Source: Eledone cirrhosa (Eukaryota). From it: DNA of 64,000 nt. Shown piece by piece: positions 12,031-23,835 of this stretch (the first letter of the stretch is position 1; every line of letters starts with the position of its first letter). The position numbers were made by a program, and so were the translations under genes. A model generated the notes under the pieces. That model was not told where the DNA came from. It did not search any database and saw only the letters and a list, made by a program, of their open reading frames with translations. The stretch is from assembly GCA_964016885.1 (NCBI GenBank), contig OZ024741.1:89218001-89282000 (forward strand), written 5' to 3'.

Positions 12031-12294
12031 GCGCACACTCACACACACATGCACACGCATTCATATATATATGTGTGTGTGTGTGTGTATCTGTGTGTGT
12101 GTGTGTGCGTGTGTGTGTGTGTATATATATATATAGAGAGAGAGAGGGGGGAATGATGTATTATGCAGCATATGTTACATAATCTAAAATGTAAAGTAAG
12201 GTTTATCTAATGATAAACAATACAAATTTCAGCCATCGTGGAGAGGTGAGAGAAAGAGCCAAGCAGAGAGAGAGTGAGAAAGGGAGATAGAAAC

Positions 12295-13095
12295 CTACAT
12301 ACTTACCTACCTACATATATATATACATAAATAAATACATACATACATACATATCTACATACATAAATACATACATACATATATACATACATAAATACAT
12401 ATAAACATACATAAATACATACATAAATACATACATTCATACATACATACATGCATAAATACATACATACCTACATATATACATACATACATACTCACAT
12501 ACATACATACCTACCTACATACATACATAAATTCACACATACACACATACATACATACATATATACATACATACACACATGATGGCTGCCAACTCGTTTT
12601 CGAGTACGGCCACTACTTTATATCCATGTAGGAGAACCCCTACCGATGCGCTGAACGAGTGTGACTTTTTAGTCCAGCCAGCGACTTGAAAACTCTGGTA
12701 CAAACACTACACTTGTGACAATTATTGACACATAGTGCTGGGCGCATGGTACCATCTGACGACAAGTACAGAGAGAACTCCAGATATAAAGCAATGCCTG
12801 TGCCGTGAAGCTTTTATAGTGAGCAAAGGCACTGCACAAAGCCAGTCCCACTCTCTTAACCAAGATGATATTTACCAAAAAGAAGAACAAGTCAACATCA
12901 TTGGATACCATCAGAGTTGCAGGTGTTATATCAGAGTTTTCCTTCTCTTAGAATTCTGCCTTGACAAAGGCTAAGGGGTCATCTCTCCCATACATACATA
13001 CATACATACATACATACATACATACATACATACATACATACATACATACATACATACATAAATTCACACATACAAACATACATACTTACATATAT
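12295..13095. repeat. (TACA)n microsatellite array interrupted by an RTE 5'-UTR-like fragment (12581-12990, minus)
   Basis: Long catacata tracts. The rc of 12930-12990 resembles the RTE 5'-UTR motif tagcc..ggcaa..ctaggagaaggaaaactctga, also seen at ~46275. Confidence 0.6.
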
Positions 13096-13096
13096 A

Positions 13097-16000
13097 CAAC
13101 ACAGTCAACGCGATCAGTCGCATATTTTGGCGTGGGAAACTATTTATTAAATTTAAGATGAATATTATCTCCGACAGTAATGCCACAACTACAGTCATGT
13201 TGAATAACTGGTTATTCTTCTAACTATATCTTCTGAAGACACCTTTTATTCGAATTCGTAGAGATATCCGACTAAATACATAATTCATTTTACAAGGATT
13301 TGCTACAAACAGCATGGCTGAACACAACATCAACAACAAAATTAAGGAAGTATCGAAGAAAAACAACAAGAAAGGTAAACAAATTTTATTCAGTTGTAGC
13401 TACAGAAGAAACCGAAATTATAAATCGTATTTCTCTTGGAGTTGCGAACTTAATGATGATTTATTTAATTGTTATAAAATGGCAAAAAACAATCCCTCCA
13501 TTGGCTATATGAACAGAATGAAGCTATACTAGGACGAAATGCACCCAGAGCTAAACAATTACGCCAACAAGCGACGTTTGTTGAACGTAAAAATAAGATA
13601 AATATTATTAATTATAAGTCCCCCACAACAAACATGGGATCAACAACACGTGCTACAGGTCGCCATGCTACTAGACTTCCTAGCAGCCAGGTCGAACAGC
13701 GTCTTGAAACAACTATGCCTGTAAGAAACTTGACACCACCTGTACCATCTAAGTCTACCTCGAATGCTGGGGAAAACACTATCGATGATAATAATAATCG
13801 AAGAAATTTGACACCACGTGTACCATCCGAGTCTACCTCGACTGTTGTTGAAAATACTATCGATAATGATAATAATCAAAAGTATAAACAATTAAAAATT
13901 TCCCTCAACGAAATCTTCCAGAGAGAAATTAATTCATGTATAAATATCTCTTTTGCTGAACGTATTAAAACGACAATATTTAATAAAAAAACAAATAATG
14001 AAATATTACGTGTTATTGGCTAAATAGGGGATGAATATTTACGACGGATAAAACCCCCAACATTTTGGCAAATCAAAGCCTGTTTATATGCCTTAGCAAC
14101 AACAGATAGCAGAGATTTTAACAAGAACAAAACACCACCAAAAATACCATCATATATAACTAAAATAGAAAAAAATATTGCTGACCTACGAAAAACCATA
14201 GGATATGTGACAATGCTCCTTACATGCAAACAAACTCAAAAAAAGCTCACTCCTCACCAACAAAGAGTGAAAAATAAAATAGAGACGATGTTTGGTAACA
14301 GTAGAACCAGAACTCTTCAATATAAGCTGATCACCCTCAAGAGAAATCCGAAAGAACTATTGCTCCTACACTACAACCAAAACATACGAAATAAGTGAGG
14401 GTACCCTTGAGACTGTGATAGGAAAACTCCAAGATAAGAAAACACCAGGAAGAGACTTGATTGTCGGCTACTGGTACAAAAAACTGATATTCTATCGGAG
14501 GTGTCTTACTGACCTCTACGAAGTTCTTAAGGGAGATACACTTATACCAGAACGGTTGACATTAGCACAAACATTACTGGTCCCCAAGAACAAAGACACC
14601 CACTCGGCAAAAAACTACCGACCCATTGCATGCCAGAACCTGATGTATAAGATGTATACAGCCTGCCTGAACCTATTCCTCCAAGATCACTGAGAAAATA
14701 ATAACATCATCACAGATGAACACGCTGCTGGAAAGAAAGGGGTTTGGGGATGTGCTGAACAACTCCTAATCAACAAAACTGCGATGTCGGAGGTGCGACA
14801 ACTTAGGAGGAATATGGCTACAGTCTGGCTGGACTACAGGAAAGCTTTCGATTCTGTTCCCCACTCTTGGATGATAGAGGCCCTCCAACTTGCTAAAGTC
14901 CCAGACATTATTGTCAGAGCCATAGAGAAGCTGTCTTCTTCTTGAGCTACTATCCTAAGGCTAAAGACAGAGAGGGATGACTCTATTTTCACTGATAAAA
15001 TAAAATATCGCAGGGGTATATTTCAGGGAGACAGTCTCTCTGTGATATTATTCATCTTGTCATTAAACCCCTTGTCCTTTCTGCTCAAGCAATGTGAGGG
15101 ATACATCACTGGCTCACATGAGGACAGAAATACAAACCTAACCCATAACTTCTTTGTGGACGATCTGAAACTCTATACCAAGAACATGGATGGGATGAAA
15201 AAAAATCTTGACCTGGTTACAACGTTCTCAAAGGATATAGGAATGGAGTTTGGCCAAGATAAATGCTCATACATGACTGTAAAGCGGGGAAGAACAACAA
15301 CCCAGTCTAGCAACATTGTCATAAATGGCCTAACTGTTTCACCGATATCTGATGGGGACTGCTACAGATACCTGGGGATAGATGAGAACATATCCTATAA
15401 TGGTATCTGTAATAAGGAACGTGTAACCAGGAAATACTACACCCGATTAAGAAAGATTTGGTCGTCGGAACTCCCTGCGCAAAACAAAACAATGGCTCAC
15501 AATGTGTTTGCTGTGCCTGTCCTAACACCAACGTTTGGAATACTCAATTGGACAATAGACGAAATCCGAGCAATTGATGTTGGAACTCGAAAAATACTAA
15601 ACAACACCGGAAACTTCCACATCAACAGTGACATAGACCGCCTTTACTTGAAACGTAAGAAGGGAGGCAGAGGCCTAACATCAGTCCAGACAGCATTTGA
15701 ATGTCTCATCATATCCCTCTGACAACATCTACGAACCTCGAAGCGTAGGAGCCCGTCTCTCGAGCAAGTCTATCTGCATGAAACAGATAAGATCATGAGA
15801 GTTGGGAAGGAACTCCTCGAGAGGTATCCCTGTGTGATAATCAAAAACTCACACCCAGGGAAGTCGCTCAACAGTATCGTAGTGAATCCATGGATGAAAA
15901 ACTGCATGCTTATCAGCAAAAAATCATGCATGGATATGTTGCCAGGAAGCTCCAGAGTGAGAGTAATATAGATAAGGAAAGTAGTCTATCTTGGACCAAA

Positions 16001-16920
16001 AGCCGCTATATTGGCTCCCACTTTGAAGGATACGCTTTTGCAATCCAAGAACAGGAGATTAACACGAAATACCTGATTCACAAAAGAGATAGGGATACAG
16101 CCAAACACCTAGATGTGATAACAAGTGCAGACTCTGCAGAACTAACATCGAGGATATCCCCCCTGTCATCAGCAGCTGTCCAAAGATGTCATCGCGGTAC
16201 TATCTACCTATGAGGCATGATGTAGTGGCCACTGTACAATGCAGTCCGTAAAAAAGATAGCCCCGATAATAAACACATTAAAAACTACAGTAATGTGGAA
16301 GACATCAACGTACATAATATGAAAGAGTACTGGTGGAATGTTTCAGTAAAAACCCCAATAAAATGCAGGCATAACAGACCAGATATTATGATATGGGACA
16401 GGGAGAAGAAGGCATGCACAGTAGTGGAAATTAGCTGCCCAGCGGATGCCAATATAATATCAAAGATTAGCGAAAAGGAGAATATTTATGCAGAACTGAT
16501 GAGAAATCTGACGATACTCCACCCTGATTACACCTTCAGATTTATGCCTGTGATTATTGAGGCACTGGGGTATGTTAGTAACTGCCTCAATACAAATCTT
16601 GAGAAGCTAGGCTTCACAGGAACAGAAAGAACACAACTAGTTAGGAAATTACAAGTACAATCCATTAAAGGAACAGTAAAAATATGTTAAACATTCCAAA
16701 AATGTTTGCATATACACATGTACAGATACAAAGCATATACACATGCACACATACAACTCAAAACATCCACACATACAATAACATCCATATCTACACATGC
16801 ATGCATACATAATCTACCTAGTTGATGTTGTGTAAATTCCAATAAGAGAGTCTTGTCTATGTTAGAAACCGACTCTCTCTCTATTGGTAAACATTTGTGA
16901 AATTATAAAACCAGAAGAAC
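13097..16920 (+). mobile_element. Near-full-length R4/Dong-clade non-LTR retrotransposon (RT + CCHC + restriction-like endonuclease), pseudogenised, inserted in (TACA)n
   Basis: NYRPIAC, WLDYRKAFDSVPH, GIFQGDSLS, FFVDDLKLY, YRYLG, RLYLKRKKGGRGL, CRLC..SSC..RHD, RPDIMIWD..VVEISCP..KENIY. Several stops and frameshifts. catacatac on both flanks. Confidence 0.9.
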
Positions 16921-16953
16921 ATACATACATATATGCAAACATACATACATACA

Positions 16954-16984
<31 letters not shown>

Positions 16985-17110
16985 TGACAGACGGGTAATC
17001 AGATACACGTGGATACTTGTAATCAAATATAATTTTTAATGTTTTGATCGATGTCAACTGTAAATGGAATCTTAATCAGTGACCACCCATCAGATCAGTC
17101 TACCCATATC

Positions 17111-17317
17111 CGAAGGTGAGCTGAAAAGTTGCTGGCTTGATCGCGGCTACAGAGGCCTGGTCGGAGGCCCAGCCTTCCAAGTTCTTTTTCTTCAAGGCTT
17201 AGGAAAACTGAAGGACCGCTGTAATAAGTGTGTGAATCTGTAAGGGGAATATGTTGAATAAAATAACTGATCCTCCTGTGTTTCCTTTTATCAAATGCCA
17301 GGAACGTTTCAACACTC

Positions 17318-17322
<5 letters not shown>
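17111..17322. mobile_element. Mariner-type MITE
   Basis: Imperfect TIRs (gaaggtgagctgaaaagttgctggc / gccaggaacgtttcaacactccctt) in TA context. Confidence 0.6.
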
Positions 17323-17412
<90 letters not shown>

Positions 17413-17797
17413 TTCTTGTATACATTTATTTCAATTCTTCTTATCAATAACTGCATTGTTTTTTTTTTCAGGGACTATGTTGAAAAACAAACCTCATTTG
17501 GTCATTCCATGAGAATATCTTGGTTAGCCTATAAACTTTTCAGCCGTGTAGTGTACTATTATTATTAGCTCACGCTTTTGTATCCCCAATACGAGACTAA
17601 GAATTAAAAACATGATCATACTATATTTCAATAGAAAATCAGTGTTGTAAAAACCAAAGCTGTAAATACATAATTTTTAACTAAGAAAACATTAAGATCA
17701 TTCAAGAAGTTTCCACATTATTGGAGAGGCTTAAGCCCCAAAAGCCCCTTAGCGCCAGAAGGCTTGTATATATATATATATATATATATACATATAC

Positions 17798-17973
17798 ATA
17801 GGAAAATGTTCAAGACCCCGACGGCAAAGCTCAAGCCGTTTTGACGGCTATTTCTGGAGTCTAGAAATAGCCGTCGAAACGGCTTGAACATTTTCCTATT
17901 ACCCATTCTACTACCCAAAGTATTGAGTACTCTGGTGCGTTGTGGTCCACCTGGTTCCTTACCACAGTTCCCT

Positions 17974-17978
<5 letters not shown>
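17798..17978 (+). mobile_element. Family-H1 half-hammerhead fold-back element
   Basis: Inner stem gacggctatttct..agaaatagccgtc followed by GAAACGGC, then the shared tail. Flanked by (TA)n. Confidence 0.7.
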
Positions 17979-18031
<53 letters not shown>

Positions 18032-18336
18032 TCAAACATGTATGTGTGTGTATAATCATATAAAAACATAGGTGAAGTTACATTCTTGTATTTCCTACAC
18101 ATGTTTCCGTGGTTATTTTTGCTCTCGAGGCTTTCATAAGAGTTATGGTGATTGGCACAACTGCAATTATGATATACACCTGGTTCGGAGCATTTTCATG
18201 TATAATTATATATCTCTAACCTTACTTTTAAGTGTGTGCCTCCACACAGGGCCTACTTCGAAGAGGATTAGTAATATTGAATCCCACCAGATACGTAATA
18301 CTTTTCCCAGCCTAAGGCGGGACGCTTTTTCGAGAG

Positions 18337-18403
<67 letters not shown>

Positions 18404-18787
18404 ATATATATATATATATACATACAGAGAGAAGGAGAGAGAGAGAGAGAGAGAGTGAGAGAGTGAGAGAGAGCGAGAGAGTGAGAGAGAGAGAGAGAGA
18501 GCGAGAGAGGGACAAAGGATTTTCACTAGAGTTGAACTGTGGAACTAATTCTATACCGAGCTCATTTTCTGACTTGACGTAAAACTGAATGAGGGGGGGG
18601 GGGGGGGTACCGGAGGTTTAAAAGTACACACAAAGTTATTTTTATATGTTCTCGTTTGTTGTTTACACAAGACACATACATATACTTCACGCATCCACAC
18701 ACATGCACACTCACACTAACACACACGTGCGCGCGCGTACACACACATGTATATACCTACAAAAGGCACATACTTTTTGTAGAATAT

Positions 18788-19510
18788 ACCGCGGCGTGCA
18801 TTTCAACGGCGAGCTGCTCACCCTCCTCCGGTTCGCAGGTGACATTACGCTTATCGCAGAAAATACCGGGCAGCTACAGACCATGCTGGACGAGCTGAAC
18901 ACCAGAGGTTCGGCATGCGGTCTGAGGATCAATCGTACGAAAACAAAGTACATATGATCCGAAGGCGTGGCACCCGGTCAAGTTGTGGTTGAAGGCGATG
19001 GAATCGGGGATGTAAAAAATTATGTGTATTTCGGCCAAGCTATAACCATGGGACGTGACATGATTAATGAGATATCGCAGAGAATAAGATCAGGCTGGAG
19101 AGCGTTCAACTCAGCGACGGATGTGTTGAAAGCGAACTCGGACAGCCACTCATGCAGCCCTCTTCAACAGCATCGTTCTACCTGCAGTGCTCATTGAAAG
19201 TGAAAGGTGGGGGACGACGAAGAGGAAGGAACGGCAGTTGATAACGGCCCAAAGAGCCATGGAAAGGTCAGTGTTGGGAATCTTCTTGAGAGATCACATC
19301 CGAAACTAGAAAATCAGGAAAAGAACCTGAGTGAAGGACGTTATCGCCGAGTACCTTCTGAACAAACTCAAATGGGCCTGACATGTCATACGGTTCACTG
19401 ATAGTCGGTGGACCCGTGCAGTCGTCGAGTGGTACCGACGCGAGTGGTAATGACTACTTGGAAGGCCTCCACTCAAATGAATTGACGACATAAAGAGAAT
19501 AATGGGACTG
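18788..19510 (+). mobile_element. RTE-clade LINE 3' fragment
   Basis: LLRFAGDITLIA..GLRINRTKTKY, YVYFGQ, EISQRIRSGWRAF, and a GRP..W terminal motif. Confidence 0.8.
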
Positions 19511-19529
19511 CATTGGAATTTAAACATCA

Positions 19530-20112
19530 ACTAGGTAGATATGTCTGCATGTGTGTACAGCTATGGCTGTATTGTATGTGTGCATGTGCATTTGTTTTGT
19601 ATCCGTACATGTGTACATGTAGTTATTACATGCTGATTGTTTGGAATGTTTTACATCTTTACTGTTCCATTAATGGATTGCACTTGTAATTTCCTAACTA
19701 GTCGTATTCTTTCTGTTTCTGTGAAGCCCAACTTCTCAAGATGTATACTGAGGCAGTTACTAACATATCCCAGTGTCCCAACAATCACAGGTATAATTCT
19801 GAAGGTATAGTCAGGGTGGAGTATCTGTAGATTTCTAATTAGTTCTGCATAGATATCCTCCTTTTCGCTAATCTTTAATATTATATTGGCGTCTGCTGGG
19901 CAGCTAACTTCCACTACTGTCCATGCCTTCTTTTCCCTGTCCCATATCATCATATCTGGTCTATTATGCTTACATTTTATTGGGGTTTTGACTGGAATAT
20001 TCCACCAGTACTCTTTCATATTATGTATGTCTTCCACATTGCTGTAGATTTTAATGTGTTTATTGTCGGGGCTATATTTTCTACAGATTGCATTGTACAG
20101 TGTTTTGGCCAT
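19530..20112 (-). mobile_element. Second, 5'-truncated R4/Dong copy (RLE domain)
   Basis: The 153-aa ORF is closely similar to 16295-16690 (KEYWWN..RPDMMIWDREKK..VEVSCP). Confidence 0.9.
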
Positions 20113-20796
20113 GTATGTATGCTGCGAAAAATATGTTTGTAAAAATATTTTCTCTCTAAGATTGCCTCACAATAGTCGTTACTTTATTAATAAATTTCAG
20201 CATATTTTAACACTTTCAACATAATGTTATCGTATATCGACAAGATGACCGAAAACCTACTACCTTTTGATTGAACTCCCTTGACATCAGAGATGTAATG
20301 AACCAGCTGTTGTTTCTTTGGAGTCCAGTAATCAAGTAGGCTGTTCACTAATTGTGACATAAGATACACCATATGGATGGAGCCTTTGGGGGTATCGAAG
20401 AGACATATGTCGTGACATAGACACTTTAAACCTGGCGGGGCCCATTTCTTCTCTGGGTCGAAACACAGCCGAGAGTAATACAGAGGACAAAAGAAGGGAA
20501 GAATCGAACTCCCACTTTTTTTTCTACCACGAAAAGACGAAAGGCAAAGTTAACCGTAACTGTTTGATCTGAGGGCTGGAACGAATGCCGCAAATCATTC
20601 AATCCGACGTTCTAGCGACTCTGCCAAATTGCTGCACATTATATACATATACACACATACACATATAAATGTAATCTGAGTTTTTCGAATATTAATAACA
20701 TTCGATTAGTTTGCAATTATGCAAACAAGCCTCATTTTTAAAGCCATGTCAGTAGAATGAACCTTTCATTCTTGCTCTTGTGTTGGCATGTAAACA

Positions 20797-20846
20797 GAAC
20801 TGCAGATACTAATGTTTCTGGGTATCACCCTTCATCAGTACAGCTC
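20797..20846 (-). ncRNA. Type I hammerhead with imperfect stem III
   Basis: Minus strand: gagcugua-CUGAUGA-aggg ugau accc a-GAAAC auuagu AUC-ugcaguuc. Confidence 0.6.
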
Positions 20847-22637
20847 ACTGTTCACCTGCTAGAGTTAGTGAAAATATATGCTATTTTCTAAAATATACAG
20901 TGACTGATCGGCTTGATTTGCATATTAACAGATCCACTGATCAGCCAGATTTGCATATCAGCCGACTGGCCAGTCAGTTTCCTATATATACAACGTTGCA
21001 TGTGTTTAGACACACATACTTTTCGATTGGCAGTCGTTATAGAGTTGGATAGCATGCGTAACGATATTTCCCCAGCTCTACGAGTTCAAATTCCACTGCC
21101 ATTGTCTATCTTCTTTCAACTCGTAACTGGTTGCAGCATAGGGGAGCCGTAGCATTTTAAACTTGGAGCATACCCCTCTCCAAAGTGAGATAGGGGAAGA
21201 ATTGAGCCAGTATTGGACTGGTACATTTTTTTTTTAACGTGAGAGAAAGACAAAGTGAAATACATATACTTTATTTTATCGACTTCGAAAGGATGAAAGC
21301 AATGTTGTCTTTAGAGTGTAGAGAACCATTCTATGCAACATTCTGACGACTGTCGCCTTACATTTACTATCTACATAGCTAAATAAAGAGCATCTACACG
21401 CTCACTAGGTTTGCAAGAAATAATCATCTCTCAAGTCAATGTAGTCCCCGATATATAAATAGGTCTGTTCTATACGGAATGACGTTGGGCTGATAGATTT
21501 ATTTAGATTTTATTCCAAAGTAAATGGGAGGCTTGCGACTATATTAGCATCATTAGAACTTTGGGCAAAATGCCTAACAGTATTTAGTTTCGGCCCTTTC
21601 TTTTACGTCTTAGTAAAACGTTCCATTTTTGGATTGATTTCCATGGCTGGATGCCCTTCATGACGTTAGTTTAAATATTACTGATCTTTATATTACCTTT
21701 CGTTCCTCTGGGACAATAAAATAAAGTACTAGACAGTACTGGGGTTGATTCAATCGACTATTCCACTCTCCCAAATCTTTGGCCTTGTATTCAATATTAA
21801 TTCGAGGTGGATTGGTAGACTGGGTAGAGCGTTAGACAAAGAGCTTTGTAGTATTTATGACCCATTACGAGTTTAAATTCCACCATTCTTAATTTGTTTC
21901 ATATACTCAACTTGTCTTGTCATACACCGTGTCATGCTGAATCTTCCTAGAAATTACGTTATGGGTATGTGTCTGTAGAATACTAACAACTAGAACACCC
22001 ATCGAGGCAACTGAGGTCCAACATACACACCCAATACCTTGCAGTATTTAATCACGTCCTTTTAAATTCATATACTAATAAAACCCTGACTACTTTTGAA
22101 GTGTGCAAGACTTTTTACTGTGATGGTCATATCAAACAGCATGCAATTGACCATTCTATCTATTGAGAAATTACAGGAGAAAGACAATATACATTTACAA
22201 CATTATACCTATATCCTGAATGACAAGATAAAATCAAAATATGACAACTTGGATTCTTCGAGAGAAAACATAGCTCCATAATTCTCCCATTAAATATGAT
22301 TGCCATATTAGACAATGCCATGGTGGAGACATAGGGGTACAGCTCACCCGTCTCCAGGTTTGAACACAGTTGACTTTTTCCAGAGAAAGAGAAATGGTGA
22401 AAGGATGAAAGGCAAAAATCAATGGTAGGATTTGAATTCTGAGCACAGTGAGCTGGAACAAATACAATAAAGCAGTCTATCAATTCTGCCCCAAATAGCT
22501 ATCTATATCAATAAAAATTTTTTTAGTATTTAATTGCAACTGAGTAGGTGTCATGACATAATATACTAAGAACCTCCAATATATATTGGTACAGTCATTA
22601 AAAAGTCAGAATGTCTCTCTCTGCACCAGGAGTTTAA

Positions 22638-22819
22638 CCCTTTAGCATTTAAACTGGCCAGAATTCTCTCACCTCTTTCTGTTCAAACTGGCCACTCATA
22701 CTGATGTTAAGGTATTGTTCTCAAAACCATATAGATTCGATTTTATGTAAGTTACGTGAGGTAAAGCCTTTACCATGAAAATATAATAGTATATATAGAG
22801 TAATGTAAATGCTAAAGGA
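22638..22819. mobile_element. piggyBac-type MITE
   Basis: TTAA at both ends. TIR ccctttagcattta/taaatgctaaagg. Second copy at 63335-63532. Confidence 0.8.
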
Positions 22820-23204
22820 TTAAATGCTGTTAAAGTGAACATTGCCTGTCAACTATTCAAAATATATAAGTACTTGTACTTGACTCTGGAATAAATCAGT
22901 GCTGTGTTTGGAACTAGCAAGGGATGGTCTCTGCCAGGTTTAAAGTACTCATGACATACTGTACATCATAACAGCACCCTTACAATTCAGGAGTTCAGGC
23001 CACATGGAAATATGTGTGTATGCGTGCGTGCATCCAGTTTAGAATATATACGCTGTATCTCTGGATGTCATAAGCAACTGAAAGAGTTGGTGCCAGGAAA
23101 GGTTTACAACTATAAAACACTGAAAAACTCCCATCCAACTCATGCCAACATGGAAAAGTCAATGTAAAAACACTGATATACAAATGTATACATATATACA
23201 TTTT

Positions 23205-23393
23205 AATTGTTTCTACTTTTGGCACAAGGCTAGCAATTACCCAGTGCATTACTGGTACTTTATTTCATCGACCCCGTGAGGATGAAAGGCAAAGTTAACC
23301 TCGGCGGGATTTGAACTCAGAATGGCAAGGACCGTAACTCTATACGTCAAAGCATGGCTTCCAACCCTCTATCGATACTGCCAATCCACCGCC
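23205..23393 (-). mobile_element. SINE family A
   Basis: Full family-A sequence. TSD-like tatacattttaat on both sides. Confidence 0.85.
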
Positions 23394-23458
23394 CCCGTGT
23401 ATACATTTTAATATTAGTCAAACAGAAAAAGGAACAAGAAATAATTGTATAAAAATAA

Positions 23459-23464
23459 TTTATT
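23459..23464 (-). terminator. Candidate polyadenylation signal of the Myc-like gene
   Basis: AATAAA on the minus strand ~325 nt after the exon-3 stop. The AT-rich context makes this weak. Confidence 0.35.
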
Positions 23465-23788
23465 TTTTTTGTCATTTTCAGCTTTCTACAAAAATATACT
23501 TCTCAGTAAGTAGTATTTACATATGAGATGGAAGGAGGAGGAAGAAGTGGAACAATGTGAAGGAAATGGGGAAGATCTTTAAAAAATACATACAAAAGCT
23601 GAAAAGCTACTTTAATAAAAAGATAAATAAATAAAAAAAAAAAAATAAAAAAAATCTACATTTCACAATATGAATAGATGGAAGGATGGATGATATGGTG
23701 GGTATGTATGGTATGTGTGATTTGGCAGTGTCAGGCTCATGTAGTGGTGAAGGGATGTAAAACTGGTATGATTTCTTTGGGGGTGGTC

Positions 23789-23835
23789 TTACACAACAGA
23801 CACATGTTCATCTTCAGAAAAACTACTGTCCAAAT
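23789..23835 (-). CDS. Myc-like bHLH-Zip gene, predicted coding exon 3 (DLDSSFSEDEHVSVV*)
   Basis: Strong acceptor ctttttttcttcttttctatttcag. Phase 1 matches the donor ACAG|GTAAAT at 29367. In-frame TAA. Confidence 0.65.

Noticed and set aside
18085-18150. Further hammerhead-like remnants (also ~1205, ~2590-2665, ~6770, ~44310, ~62230)
   Set aside because: The core or stems are too degraded to call individually.
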